Positions 25,583 through 36,104 of a stretch of 49,584 nt of DNA are shown here, piece after piece (the first letter of the stretch is position 1; the number at the start of each line of letters is the position of its first letter). The position numbers and the translations under genes are program-made. This stretch comes from Nanobdellota archaeon. Its GTDB lineage: Archaea; Nanobdellota; Nanobdellia; Pacearchaeales; GW2011-AR1. The notes below the pieces were generated by a model, which worked only from the letters and a program-made list of their open reading frames with translations, made no database searches and was not told the DNA's origin. Location: positions 1 through 49,584 of the forward strand of contig JAUSIT010000028.1 in the NCBI GenBank assembly GCA_030647965.1, in the 5' to 3' direction.

Positions 25583-28327
25583 ATGGATAAACAAGAAAAT
25601 ATTATTGATGAGAGGAAAAAGAACTTTATTTCTTTTTTAAAAAAAGAATATGTTTGGGTAGGGATTTTATTAATTATTGCACTTATTCTTGGAATTTATA
25701 TAAGAGCCCTTCCAATGACAGACCACGGAGGAAATCCTGGCTTATGGGATATTACCACTAATAGCTGGACTTTAGGTCCTGATTTAGATCCGTTTTTATT
25801 TTTAAGATATGCAAAAATAATAGCAGAAACTGGCTCTTTGCCATCAATAGATATGTTTAGAAATGTTCCTTTAGGTTTTGATACTTCTTTAGAAACTCCT
25901 TTAATTTCCTATGGTATTTTTTGGTTATATTCTTTTTTACAAATTTTTGATTCACAAACTAGCATAGATTATGCAGCTGTTTTATTTCCAGTTATTATGT
26001 TTGGATTTACAATTATATTTTTCTTTTTGTTTGTAAGAGAAATTTTTACAAGAAAAGGAGAAAAAGAAGAAAATATTAAAGCAAATATTATTGCATTAAT
26101 TTCAACTTTTTTAATGATTGTTTCTCCTGCATTTTTATCAAGAACTGTTGCAGGAATTCCTGAAAAAGAATCAGCAGGTTTTATGTTTATGTTTTTAGCT
26201 TTTTATTTATTTATAAGTGCATGGAAATCTGAAAAATTAAGAAATACGATTATTTTAGGAGCTTTAGCAGGAATTGCAACTGCTTTAATGGGTTTATCCT
26301 GGGGGGGAGTTATGTATTTATTTATTGGAATTGGAATTGCAAGTTTAATTGCTTTTACACTAAATAAAATTCATAAAAAAGAGTTTATTGTTTATTCATT
26401 ATGGATGTTTTTTTCTTTTATAACAATATTATTATTTTCAAATAAATATCCAATAAGGTCTCTTTTAGAATCAATGGACACAGGTTTAGCATTTTTGGTT
26501 TTCTTTATACTTATTGTTCATTTTGCTTTATGGAATACTAAATTAAAAGATATTAATTTTATAAATAAAATTAAACTTCCAAAAAACATAGTTTCAGTTA
26601 TTATTGCTTTTATTTTATTATTTTTTGTTATTATTATTTTATTTGGGCCTTCATTTGTTTCTGATAAAATTAATGTAATTAATCAACTGATGTTTCAGCC
26701 AGTTACTGGAAGATGGAATACTACTGTTGCTGAAAATCGACAGCCATATTTTACAGAATGGGTTGGAAACTTTGGACCATTTTTAAAAAATATACCTGTT
26801 TTATTCTGGTTATTTGCAATTGGCTCTGTTGTTTTATTTAGAAAAATACTAAATAAAATAAATAAAAAAGATGCTTGGATTTTAACATCCTCTTATGTAT
26901 TTTTCTTTTTAGGAATGGTATTTTCAAGATATGCTGCTCATCCAAGTTTATTTGATGGAGATGGTTTATTGAGTAAATCATTTTTTTATATTTCTGCATT
27001 ATTGCTAATTGGTTTAGCAGTTTATTATTATTTAAAATATAATAAAGAAGAAAATAAGGGTTTGGAAAAAATAGATTTTGAATATATATTATTATTTTCA
27101 TTATTTATTTTATGTTTATTTACAGCAAGAAGTGCAGTTAGATTAATTATGACCTTATCCCCTATTGCAACAATTTTTGTTGGTTATCTTATAATAGAAT
27201 CTATTGACCAATTTAAAAAAGCAAAAGATAGCACCATGAAAACAATAATGGCAATAGCAGTTATAATTCTTTTATTATTAAGTATGTTTGTTTTTTGGAA
27301 TTTTTATAATTCTATAAAAGCAGAGTCTTATAATTTTGTTCCATCAGGATATACTCAACAATGGCAAAAAGCAATGGATTGGGTAAGAATAAACACTCCA
27401 ACAGATGCAGTATTTGCACACTGGTGGGATTATGGATATTGGGTTCAATCAATAGGAAATAGAGCAACTGTTACAGATGGAGGAAATGCCATTGCATACT
27501 GGAACTATTTAACAGGAAGATATGTTTTAACAGGAGATAATCAACATGATGCTTTAGAATTTTTACATACACATAATGCAACTTATTTATTAATTGATTC
27601 AACAGATATTGGAAAATATGGAGCTTATTCAAGTATTGGGAGTGATATAAATTTTGACAGATATTCATGGATACCTGTTATGGTTTCAAATCAAAATGAA
27701 ATACAAGAAACAAGTGAAGGAATTACAAGAGTTTATCAGAGCCCAAGTTATATTGATGAAGATATAAATTATAATTTAAATGGAACAAAAATATTCTTGC
27801 CTTCTGGAAAAGCTGCATTAATCGGAGTTATTTTAGAAATTAAAAATCAAAATGGTTCCATGGTTTTTAAGCAACCGGACGCAGTATTTTTTAATAATAA
27901 TCAGCAAATAAAAATTCCTTTAAGATATGTTCAGTATAAGGGGCAACTTTTTGATTATAAACAAGGATTAGAAGGAACATTTAGAGTAACTGAAAATATA
28001 ATACAAGGGCCACAAGGAGTTCAGGTAGATAGTAGTGGTGCAGGAATTTATATTTCACCAAGAATAATGAGGGGAATGTTTGCACAAATTTATCTTTTAA
28101 ATGATCCTTATAAAAAGTTTGACAGCCTTAAACTAGCTTATTCAGAACCAAGTCCTGTTGTTGCAAGTTTAAGATCCCAAGGAATGAAAGATATTGATGA
28201 TTTTGTTTATTTTAATGGAATCCAAGGACCTATAAAAATCTGGACAATTAATTATAAAGGCAATGAAGTTGTTAACCCAGAATATCTTTTAAGAGCACCC
28301 CCTGCAAATATTACTTGGCAGTTTTAA
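25583..28327 (+). CDS. aglB: Oligosaccharyltransferase AglB/STT3
   Basis: DLDP, R.VAG..EKE, TVAE, WWDYG, multi-TM N-half. Confidence 0.96.
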   Translation: MDKQENIIDERKKNFISFLKKEYVWVGILLIIALILGIYIRALPMTDHGGNPGLWDITTNSWTLGPDLDPFLFLRYAKIIAETGSLPSIDMFRNVPLGFDTSLETPLISYGIFWLYSFLQIFDSQTSIDYAAVLFPVIMFGFTIIFFFLFVREIFTRKGEKEENIKANIIALISTFLMIVSPAFLSRTVAGIPEKESAGFMFMFLAFYLFISAWKSEKLRNTIILGALAGIATALMGLSWGGVMYLFIGIGIASLIAFTLNKIHKKEFIVYSLWMFFSFITILLFSNKYPIRSLLESMDTGLAFLVFFILIVHFALWNTKLKDINFINKIKLPKNIVSVIIAFILLFFVIIILFGPSFVSDKINVINQLMFQPVTGRWNTTVAENRQPYFTEWVGNFGPFLKNIPVLFWLFAIGSVVLFRKILNKINKKDAWILTSSYVFFFLGMVFSRYAAHPSLFDGDGLLSKSFFYISALLLIGLAVYYYLKYNKEENKGLEKIDFEYILLFSLFILCLFTARSAVRLIMTLSPIATIFVGYLIIESIDQFKKAKDSTMKTIMAIAVIILLLLSMFVFWNFYNSIKAESYNFVPSGYTQQWQKAMDWVRINTPTDAVFAHWWDYGYWVQSIGNRATVTDGGNAIAYWNYLTGRYVLTGDNQHDALEFLHTHNATYLLIDSTDIGKYGAYSSIGSDINFDRYSWIPVMVSNQNEIQETSEGITRVYQSPSYIDEDINYNLNGTKIFLPSGKAALIGVILEIKNQNGSMVFKQPDAVFFNNNQQIKIPLRYVQYKGQLFDYKQGLEGTFRVTENIIQGPQGVQVDSSGAGIYISPRIMRGMFAQIYLLNDPYKKFDSLKLAYSEPSPVVASLRSQGMKDIDDFVYFNGIQGPIKIWTINYKGNEVVNPEYLLRAPPANITWQF

Positions 28328-28348
28328 GTTTTTAATCTTTCAGATATA

Positions 28349-28567
28349 GCGTGCTAAGGCAAGATATATGGAATTTCTTAGCAGAAATTACGATTTATTA
28401 ATATTGAAATGAAAATGATTTTAGAGAATTAATAAAAGTCTAGGAGCCGCGAGGCGACTTTATATTCTAACGAAGTGCAAATTATGCGAGCGAGCCGTAG
28501 CGAGCGAAAAAGTTTTGCTCTTCTATCTTGCGTTACTTATGCAAGAGCAAAACTTTTTGAGCATCAG
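28349..28567 (+). repeat. Family A repeat, copy 2, with nested 52 bp hairpin (28507-28558)
   Basis: Shares GGCAAGATATATG..AATTACGATTTATTAATA with the 43.7 kb copy and its 3' half with the 22.1 kb copy. Confidence 0.9.
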
Positions 28568-28603
28568 ATATAAATTTAAAAGCTATAAGTTATATTTTAA
28601 GAT

Positions 28604-29629
28604 ATGAATTCAATACTGTTTATATCAATATTAGTGAGCTTTATTGCAGCACTATTAATCATGCCAAGATGGATTAGAAAGTGCAATAAAATCGGGCTTT
28701 TATGGGAAGATATGAATAAATACAAACACCCTAAAAATGTTGCTGCTTCTGGAGGAATCGTAGTTGTAATGGCCTTTATTTTAGGAGTTTTATCTTATGT
28801 GGCAATAAGAACTTTTATTATTAATGATTTAAATGGAATAAGTTTGCAGATTTTTGCATTGCTTAGTGTTGTTTTAATTTTAGCAATTGTTGGCTTGACA
28901 GATGATTTACTTGGCTGGAAACATGGAGGATTATCTGCACAATTTAGAATTTTTTTAGTTTTATTTGCTTCTATTCCTTTAGTTGTAATAAATGCAGGAA
29001 CAAAGCTTATTGAAATTCCTTTTTTTGGAGAAATTGAATTAGGATTATTATATCCTTTAATAATTATTCCACTAGGAATAACTGGCGCAACAACGGTCTA
29101 TAATTTTTTAGCAGGTTTTAATGGACTAGAAGTTGGACAGGGAATTATAATTATTTCATTTTTATCATTTATATCCTATGTTATGGGTTCTGCATGGCTT
29201 TCTTTAGTTGGGCTATGTATGGTTGCTTCTTTGTTAGTTTTTTATTATTATAATAAACATCCTGCAAAAGTTTTTCCAGGCGATGTTTTAACATATTCTA
29301 TTGGAGCAGTAATTGCATGCATGGCCATTTTAGGAAACTTTGAGAGAATAGCTATTTTTGTGTTTATTCCATATATTATAGAATTTATATTAAAATCAAG
29401 AGGCAATTTAAAAAAACAATCTTTTGGAATTCCAAATAAAGATGGAAGTTTAGAAATGCCATATGATAAAATTTATGGACTAACCCATCTTTCAATTTTT
29501 ATATTGCAAAAATTTAAGAAAAAAGTTTATGAAAAAGATGTAACTTATTTGATATTTTCATTCCAAATAATAATCTGCTTGCTTGCTTTAGTAATCTTTA
29601 AAGAATCTTTATTTAATGTAGTTGTTTAA
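28604..29629 (+). CDS. aglH: UDP-GlcNAc:dolichol-phosphate GlcNAc-1-P transferase (AglH/Alg7, MraY family)
   Basis: DMNK, GLTDD, NFLAGFNGLE, PAKVFPGD. Confidence 0.9.
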   Translation: MNSILFISILVSFIAALLIMPRWIRKCNKIGLLWEDMNKYKHPKNVAASGGIVVVMAFILGVLSYVAIRTFIINDLNGISLQIFALLSVVLILAIVGLTDDLLGWKHGGLSAQFRIFLVLFASIPLVVINAGTKLIEIPFFGEIELGLLYPLIIIPLGITGATTVYNFLAGFNGLEVGQGIIIISFLSFISYVMGSAWLSLVGLCMVASLLVFYYYNKHPAKVFPGDVLTYSIGAVIACMAILGNFERIAIFVFIPYIIEFILKSRGNLKKQSFGIPNKDGSLEMPYDKIYGLTHLSIFILQKFKKKVYEKDVTYLIFSFQIIICLLALVIFKESLFNVVV

Positions 29630-29633
29630 AAAA

Positions 29634-30605
29634 ATGAAACTAAAAATTAAAAAATATCTTCCATTAGCAGGTATTGCTATTTTTATATATTTATTATTCA
29701 AAATAAATATCTTAAATGTTTTTTCTGAAATAGAAAAAGCAGATTTAACTCTTCTTTTTATTGCAATACTACTTACTTTTGTTTATGAGATATTTCAAAC
29801 ACTAAAATGGTTTTTAATTGCACGAAAGCAAAAAATTAGTGTTTCTTTTTTAGAAGCATTTAAAATTAATTTTATGACTAATTTTTATGGCTTTGTAACT
29901 CCTTCAAAAATTGGAACAATAATAAGGGCAGATTATTTGAAAAAATATACAAAAAATATTGGAAAAGGTATAAGCAATTTTACAATAGATAAGTTGCTTG
30001 ATTTAACCTCGCTGTTTGTATTGGTTGTGTTTTTTATTTTAGTTTTTAGAAACAAATTTAATTTTATTCCATTAAATTATGTATTCTTCTTTGGATTTGT
30101 TCTTTTAACTTTATTTTTAGTATTTTATAATAAAGAAAGAAGCAAATTTTTACTAAGAATTGTTTATAGAAAATTTGTGCCTAAAAGAATGCAGGAAAAA
30201 GCTAAATTAACTTTTGAATCATTTTATGAAGACTTACCTACAAAGAAATTTTTATTTTTGGTCTTTTTAGTTAATTTAATTGATTGGATTATTATTTATC
30301 TTGTAAACTATTTTGTAGGATTATCTCTTGGAATAAATCTTGATTTAATGTATTTCCTAGCAATATTGCCTATTGCAACCTTAATTGCCCAAATTCCAAT
30401 TACAATTAATGGGCTTGGAACAAGAGAGGCAACAATGATATATTTATTTGGTTTATTTGGAATTGAAGCTGCAAAAGTATTTTCAATGTCAATTTTAGTA
30501 TTATTAATCTCGGGCGTCTTGCCATCTATAATAGGAAGTTTTTTAACTTTCAAAAACAAGGATTCTAGTAATGGAGAAGCTAAGCATAATAATACCGGCA
30601 TATAA
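29634..30605 (+). CDS. Lysylphosphatidylglycerol-synthase-TM / UPF0104 flippase-like membrane protein
   Basis: KW, TPSKIG..R, DKL.D, IPITINGLGTRE. Confidence 0.85.
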   Translation: MKLKIKKYLPLAGIAIFIYLLFKINILNVFSEIEKADLTLLFIAILLTFVYEIFQTLKWFLIARKQKISVSFLEAFKINFMTNFYGFVTPSKIGTIIRADYLKKYTKNIGKGISNFTIDKLLDLTSLFVLVVFFILVFRNKFNFIPLNYVFFFGFVLLTLFLVFYNKERSKFLLRIVYRKFVPKRMQEKAKLTFESFYEDLPTKKFLFLVFLVNLIDWIIIYLVNYFVGLSLGINLDLMYFLAILPIATLIAQIPITINGLGTREATMIYLFGLFGIEAAKVFSMSILVLLISGVLPSIIGSFLTFKNKDSSNGEAKHNNTGI

Positions 30606-31356
30606 TGAAGAAGCAAGAATAGGTAGGACTTTAGAACAATACTTGGCTTTTTTTAAACAAAAGAAAAAACAAAAAATTGTTGATGTTGAGATTATAGTTG
30701 TTTTAAATGCATGTAAAGATAAAACTCTAGAAGTTTGCAATAAATTTAAATGTAAAGAGCTTAAAATTCTAAATTTTGAACAGGGCGGAAAGGGTTTTGC
30801 AGTTGTTGAAGGATTTAAAGAAGCATTAAAAGGAGATAGCAATTATATCGGATTTACAGATGCAGATATGTCTACTCCTCCCGAAGCATTTTACGATTTA
30901 TATGCAAATATAAAAGATGTAGATGGGGTAATTGCAAACAGATGGGATAAAAACAGCAAGATTAGTGTTGAACAAACTCTTTTAAGAAAAATTATGAGTA
31001 GAGGATTTAATGTTATTATAAGAACTTTATTTATTATACCTCATAGAGATACTCAGTGTGGTGCAAAATTGTTTAAAAGAGAAAAATTAATGATTGTTTT
31101 ACCAAAACTAGGTTCAAGTGAATGGAGTTTTGATGTTGATTTGCTTTTTTATATGAGAAGAGAAAAAGCAAAAATAAAATCAATTCCAACAACATGGAAT
31201 GATGAAAAAGGCTCTAAAATCAATATTAAAAAAACTCCAATAAAGATGTTTTTATCTGCAGTAAGATTAAGATTAGTGCACTCCCCATTAAAATTTATAG
31301 TAAGAGTTCATAATATAATGCCTGAAAAATTTAAGATACATAATTTGCTGAAGTGA
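30571..31356 (+). CDS. GT2 dolichyl-phosphate hexosyltransferase (Alg5-like)
   Basis: IIIPAYNEE, GKG.AV, DADMST, DTQCGAKLF, FDVDLL. Confidence 0.9.
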   Translation: MEKLSIIIPAYNEEARIGRTLEQYLAFFKQKKKQKIVDVEIIVVLNACKDKTLEVCNKFKCKELKILNFEQGGKGFAVVEGFKEALKGDSNYIGFTDADMSTPPEAFYDLYANIKDVDGVIANRWDKNSKISVEQTLLRKIMSRGFNVIIRTLFIIPHRDTQCGAKLFKREKLMIVLPKLGSSEWSFDVDLLFYMRREKAKIKSIPTTWNDEKGSKINIKKTPIKMFLSAVRLRLVHSPLKFIVRVHNIMPEKFKIHNLLK

Positions 31357-31418
31357 GTTTTTACAAGAATATAGCACCATATACAAATCTTTAAAATAGA
31401 TATTTTCTATCTTATTTA

Positions 31419-32348
31419 ATGATTAAATTTTCATTAATTATACCTGTAGCGCCAGATAGAAATGCAGAAATAATTGAATCAATAAGTCATATTGACTATC
31501 CTAAATCTAAGTTTCAAGTAATAGTTGTAAAAGGTAAAAATCCTTCTGAAAATAGAAATAAAGGGGCTGCTCAAGCAAAAGGAGAGTTTCTTGCTTTTTT
31601 AGACGATGATGCTGTTATTGACAAAGATATTTTAAAAAATGCAGAGAATTTTTTTGGAAATAATAAAAATATTGATATTGTTGGAGGACCTCAGCTAACT
31701 CCTAAAGATGAAAAAGGCTTTGCACTAAAATCAGGGTATGCTTTAAGTTCAAAATTTGGTGCTTGGAAAATGGCCAATAGATATAGTGGAACAAAAGAAG
31801 TTTATGATGTTGATGAAACAATGCTTACTTCTGCAAATTTATTCTGTAAAAAAAGAGTTTTTGACAAGATAAAATTTGACCCTAATTTATTCCCTGGTGA
31901 AGATCCAAAATTTATTGAAGATGCAAAAAAAGAAGGATATAAAGTAGCTTATTCTCCAAATTTAATTGTTTATCATAGAAGAAGAGCAACTCTAAAAGGT
32001 TTAATAAAACAAATTTTTAATTATGGAAAAACACGACCTAAAAAAGAATCTTTAATTAACACAATTAAAAAACCATTTTTTGTTATTCCAAGCTTATTTG
32101 TTTTATATTTAGTGGGTTTGATGATATTATCTTTTATAAGTTATTCTTATATTTGGTTTATACCTTTAGGGTTATATTTACTAATGGATTTTTTATTTTC
32201 AATTTATGAATCAGTTAAAAATAATTCATTTTATTCAATTTTCTACCTGATTTTTATATTCCCAATAATTCATATAAGCTATGGCCTTGGAATGATTTTG
32301 GGCAGTCTAACTAAATTAAAACCAAAAAAGAATACAAATACACAATGA
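31419..32348 (+). CDS. GT2 glycosyltransferase with C-terminal TM segments
   Basis: NRN.G, FLDDD, GED, YHRRR, Q.F.YG. Confidence 0.9.
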   Translation: MIKFSLIIPVAPDRNAEIIESISHIDYPKSKFQVIVVKGKNPSENRNKGAAQAKGEFLAFLDDDAVIDKDILKNAENFFGNNKNIDIVGGPQLTPKDEKGFALKSGYALSSKFGAWKMANRYSGTKEVYDVDETMLTSANLFCKKRVFDKIKFDPNLFPGEDPKFIEDAKKEGYKVAYSPNLIVYHRRRATLKGLIKQIFNYGKTRPKKESLINTIKKPFFVIPSLFVLYLVGLMILSFISYSYIWFIPLGLYLLMDFLFSIYESVKNNSFYSIFYLIFIFPIIHISYGLGMILGSLTKLKPKKNTNTQ

Positions 32349-33823
32349 AAATAATAATAGGTTATCCACCAACAGAATCTGCAAAAGGAACTGCATTGCT
32401 ATCACAAAATAGGCAGTTTCAGTGGTTTAGCAATCCAACTTATATATTTCCAGTAATACTTGCTTCTGCTGCAACTATTTTAAAAGCAAATGGAAATGAA
32501 GTAAAATGGATTGATTGTATTGCTGAAAAAATAAATAAAGAAAATTTTTTTGAAGAAATTGAAAGAGAAAAACCAGAATTATTTATTTTTGAAACAAAAA
32601 CTCCTGTAATAAAACAACACTGGAATTTAATAAATGAAATAAAAGAAAAATTTCCTGAATTAAAAATAGCTGTTTTAGGAGATCATGTTACATCTTTTCC
32701 AGAAGAAACAATGAAAAATTCAAAAGCAGATTTTGTTTTAACAGGGGGAGATTTTGATTTTCTCTCTTTAAACCTTGTTAATTTCTTAAGCAAAAATAAC
32801 AAGAAAGGCAAAAAAGTAAAAGAAAAATTAGATACAGGAATTTATTATAGAAAAGCTGGAAAAATTTTGAATACAGGAACTTTTCAATTGAAACATAATT
32901 TAGATGAAGCTCCATTTATAGACCGGGAATTAACAAAATGGAAGTTGTATGAAATTGAATATAATTTAATTGGAAGGCCATTTTTTTACATAATGTCTGG
33001 AAGAGATTGCTGGTGGGGGAAATGCAAGTTTTGTGCATGGCCAAGATTATTTCCAAAATTCAGATGCAGAAGTGTGAAAAATGTTTTAGATGAAATTGGA
33101 ATGTTAATTGACAAGTATGATGTTAAAGAAATATTTGATGATTCTGGGACTCTAATGGTTGGAGATTGGCTAAAAGAATTATGCAATGGATTAATTGAAA
33201 GAGGATATAATAAAAAAATAATATATTCGTGCAATATGAGATTTGGAACACTAAAGCAAGAAGATTATGATTTAATGAAAAAAGCAGGATTTAGGCTTTT
33301 AAAATTTGGATTAGAGTCTGCAAATCAGTCAACATTAGACCTATTAAATAAAGGAATTAAAGTTGAAGACATTAAAAATGGATGTGAAATGGCAAAAAAG
33401 GCAGGCTTAACTGTTCATTTAACAATGATTGTAGGTTATCCTTGGGAAACAAAAGAAGATGCCTTAAACACCTTTAAACTTGCAAAAGGGCTAATGCAAT
33501 CAGGAAGAGCAGACTTGCTTCAGGCAACTGTTTTAGTCCCATATCCAGGAACTCCTATATGGAAAGATGCTAAACAAAATGACTGGTTTTTATTTAATCC
33601 AATGGAATATGAAAGATATGATATGTCAGAACCAATTTTAAAAACAAAAGATTCAAATCCAGAAGAAATTGCAAAAATCTGTGGAAAAATTTATACAATA
33701 TTTTTAACTCCTCAGTATGTATTTGCAAGATTAAAAAGCATAAGAAGTGTTGATGATTTTAAATTTAACTTAAGAGGAGTCAAGGCAGTTGCAGGGCATT
33801 TGAAAGACTTTTTAGTTAGATAA
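32345..33823 (+). CDS. B12-binding-domain radical SAM protein
   Basis: N-terminal cobalamin-binding-like domain; RDCWWGKCKFC, FGLES, VGYPWET, PYPGT. Confidence 0.88.
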   Translation: MKIIIGYPPTESAKGTALLSQNRQFQWFSNPTYIFPVILASAATILKANGNEVKWIDCIAEKINKENFFEEIEREKPELFIFETKTPVIKQHWNLINEIKEKFPELKIAVLGDHVTSFPEETMKNSKADFVLTGGDFDFLSLNLVNFLSKNNKKGKKVKEKLDTGIYYRKAGKILNTGTFQLKHNLDEAPFIDRELTKWKLYEIEYNLIGRPFFYIMSGRDCWWGKCKFCAWPRLFPKFRCRSVKNVLDEIGMLIDKYDVKEIFDDSGTLMVGDWLKELCNGLIERGYNKKIIYSCNMRFGTLKQEDYDLMKKAGFRLLKFGLESANQSTLDLLNKGIKVEDIKNGCEMAKKAGLTVHLTMIVGYPWETKEDALNTFKLAKGLMQSGRADLLQATVLVPYPGTPIWKDAKQNDWFLFNPMEYERYDMSEPILKTKDSNPEEIAKICGKIYTIFLTPQYVFARLKSIRSVDDFKFNLRGVKAVAGHLKDFLVR

Positions 33824-33832
33824 AATAATAAG

Positions 33833-34975
33833 ATGGTAAAATATACTACTTCAGTAGAGGCTGATAAAAAAATTGAACAAGATTTAGAAATAATTAAAAA
33901 GATTATTCTTGAAAAATTTAAACCAATTTCAATAGTTATGTTTGGGGGCTTTGGGCATGGTGCAGGAAGCTTTAAGAAAATAAAAAATAAGATTATACCT
34001 TTAAATGATTATGATTTATATTTAATAACTGAAAATAAAATAAGTGATGAAGAGCTTGAAAAAGCAGGAGAAGAGTGTTCAAAAGCTCTTGGAAGAGGTG
34101 GAATAGAATTCGTTGAGAATTTTGAAAAAACATATGATGAAAATAATTTCTTTCATGTTGATTTGCACTGTTTAGAGTATAAAAAATTAAAAAAATTATA
34201 TCCTACTCAAAGAAGCTTTGATTTAAAGACAAGTTTAGTAATTTATGGGGACAAAGATATTTTAAATCAAATCCCTGAAATAAAAATATCAAAATCAGAT
34301 GCAATAAGGCTTTTATTTAATAAGCTTGACCATTTTGCAATTGCAGAAAATAATTCTGAGATTATCAAATCAATTTATGCTGTAAAAGGATTTAATGATT
34401 TATGCTCTGCAATTTTGATTTCAAAAGGAATTTATGTTTCTTCATATGAAGAAAGAGCTAAAATTTTTGAAAAATTAGATGATATGTCTGGAGAATTAAA
34501 AAAATTAGTAAAAAAAGCAACAGATTCTAAATTAAATAATGGTTATGAAATAAAAGATACAGATAAATTCTTTAATGAATCAAAAAAATGGGTTGAATGG
34601 ACTTTAAAAAAAATAATCAAAGAACATTTGAGGATTGATTCTGATGATTGGAATGAAATAGCAAAAATAATGTATAAAAAATTGCCTTATAGTTATTTTA
34701 ATGATTATCTGGGAAGCAAATACTTATTTTTTGGTCAGTATTACTTAAATATTAAATTCTTTTTATCAGCAATAAGAAAAAATGAATTTTTGCCAAAATC
34801 ACTTATTAGGTGGAGAGATTCGGGATTAATAATTGCAATTTCACTTATGTTATACTCTTTTAAACAAGAAAAAGGAGCTGAAAAATATCTTAAAAAATTA
34901 ACCCGCAAAACAAATCCATTAAGGGAGAGGATTCTTAAATTATACTCAATATATTATTTACAGAAATTGGTTTAA
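33833..34975 (+). CDS. Pol-beta-like nucleotidyltransferase domain protein
   Basis: MFGGFGHG...NDYDLY...VDL. Confidence 0.7.
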   Translation: MVKYTTSVEADKKIEQDLEIIKKIILEKFKPISIVMFGGFGHGAGSFKKIKNKIIPLNDYDLYLITENKISDEELEKAGEECSKALGRGGIEFVENFEKTYDENNFFHVDLHCLEYKKLKKLYPTQRSFDLKTSLVIYGDKDILNQIPEIKISKSDAIRLLFNKLDHFAIAENNSEIIKSIYAVKGFNDLCSAILISKGIYVSSYEERAKIFEKLDDMSGELKKLVKKATDSKLNNGYEIKDTDKFFNESKKWVEWTLKKIIKEHLRIDSDDWNEIAKIMYKKLPYSYFNDYLGSKYLFFGQYYLNIKFFLSAIRKNEFLPKSLIRWRDSGLIIAISLMLYSFKQEKGAEKYLKKLTRKTNPLRERILKLYSIYYLQKLV

Positions 34976-34991
34976 ATAAAATAAAAAACAA

Positions 34992-36104
34992 ATGAAAATA
35001 CTAATAACCGGAGCAACAGGATTTATTGGAAGCCATTTAGTTGAAGAGCTGAAAAAAGATAAGAAAAATAGTATAAGATGTCTTGTTTTGAAAAATAGCC
35101 CTATTTTTAAAAAAAATAGAGAAAAAAGAGAATTAGAGCTTAAAAATTTAGGTGTTGAAATATTTTATGGGGATTTACTTGATAAAGATTCTTTAATTAA
35201 TGCACTTAAGGGTGTTGAAAAAGTATATCACTTAGCTGCAATAAGCAGGCCTATGAATGTTGAAAAGCATGTTTATTATGATATTAATGTAATAGGAACA
35301 AAAAATTTATTTGAGGCTTGCAAAATAAAAAAAGTCAAGAAAATAATACATGTTTCTACAATGTCTGTTTTTGGATTTTCAAGAAATGGAAATCCTTTAA
35401 ATGAAAACTCCCCAAAACTTCCTGTAAGTGATTATGGAGAAAGTAAAAAACAGGCAGAGGATTTTGCTTTTGATTTTTGCAAAAAAAATAAAATTCAACT
35501 AGTTGTTATAAGACCTCCAATGGTTTTTGGGCCAAGAGATTTTCAATTTTTAAGATTGTTTAAATTAATTAATACTGGATTTTTTCCTTTATTAAAAAAA
35601 GGAAGAGCAAAATTAGAATTTTGTTATGTTAAAAATTTAGTTAATGGAATAATTCTTGCAGATAAATATGGTAAAAATCTAGAAGCTTATGATATTTCTG
35701 ATGGCCAGACATATACTATAAAAGAAGTTTTTGGAAAAATTGCAGAAGTAGAAGGGAAAAAATTATTTCCTTTTTCTGTTCCTGTTTTTTCTGTAAGAAT
35801 TATAGGATGGATATTTGAAAAAACATATGGCTTATTTGGTAAAAAAGCACCTTTTAATTCAGGAACAGGATTATGGATGAGTAAGGACAATGTAATGGAT
35901 ATTTCAAAAGCTAAAAAAGAGATTAAATATTCAAATAAAATTAATCTTGAAGAAAGTATAAAAGAAACAGTTAAATGGTATCAAAAAAACAATATGCTAC
36001 CTACACCTAAAGGCGGGAATTTAAAAAGCAGTAGCACTTGTTTTTTGGATGATCCGAAATTAAAACCAGTAAATTTCGGACATAAAAGTGAGGGTTTATT
36101 ATGA
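34992..36104 (+). CDS. NAD-dependent epimerase/dehydratase (extended SDR), with C-terminal in-frame insertion
   Basis: TGATGFIG, HLAA, YGESK, RPPMVFGP. Confidence 0.92.
   Translation: MKILITGATGFIGSHLVEELKKDKKNSIRCLVLKNSPIFKKNREKRELELKNLGVEIFYGDLLDKDSLINALKGVEKVYHLAAISRPMNVEKHVYYDINVIGTKNLFEACKIKKVKKIIHVSTMSVFGFSRNGNPLNENSPKLPVSDYGESKKQAEDFAFDFCKKNKIQLVVIRPPMVFGPRDFQFLRLFKLINTGFFPLLKKGRAKLEFCYVKNLVNGIILADKYGKNLEAYDISDGQTYTIKEVFGKIAEVEGKKLFPFSVPVFSVRIIGWIFEKTYGLFGKKAPFNSGTGLWMSKDNVMDISKAKKEIKYSNKINLEESIKETVKWYQKNNMLPTPKGGNLKSSSTCFLDDPKLKPVNFGHKSEGLL
35980..36083 (+). repeat. AT-bounded two-hairpin element inserted in frame (102 nt)
   Basis: ATCAAAAAAA...GGACAT; removal restores WYKSEGLL*. 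Confidence 0.75.

Noticed and set aside
28441-28500. GAGCCG...GGCGAC as group II intron domain V/VI
   Set aside because: No full domain V hairpin and no RT gene; better explained as part of repeat family A.
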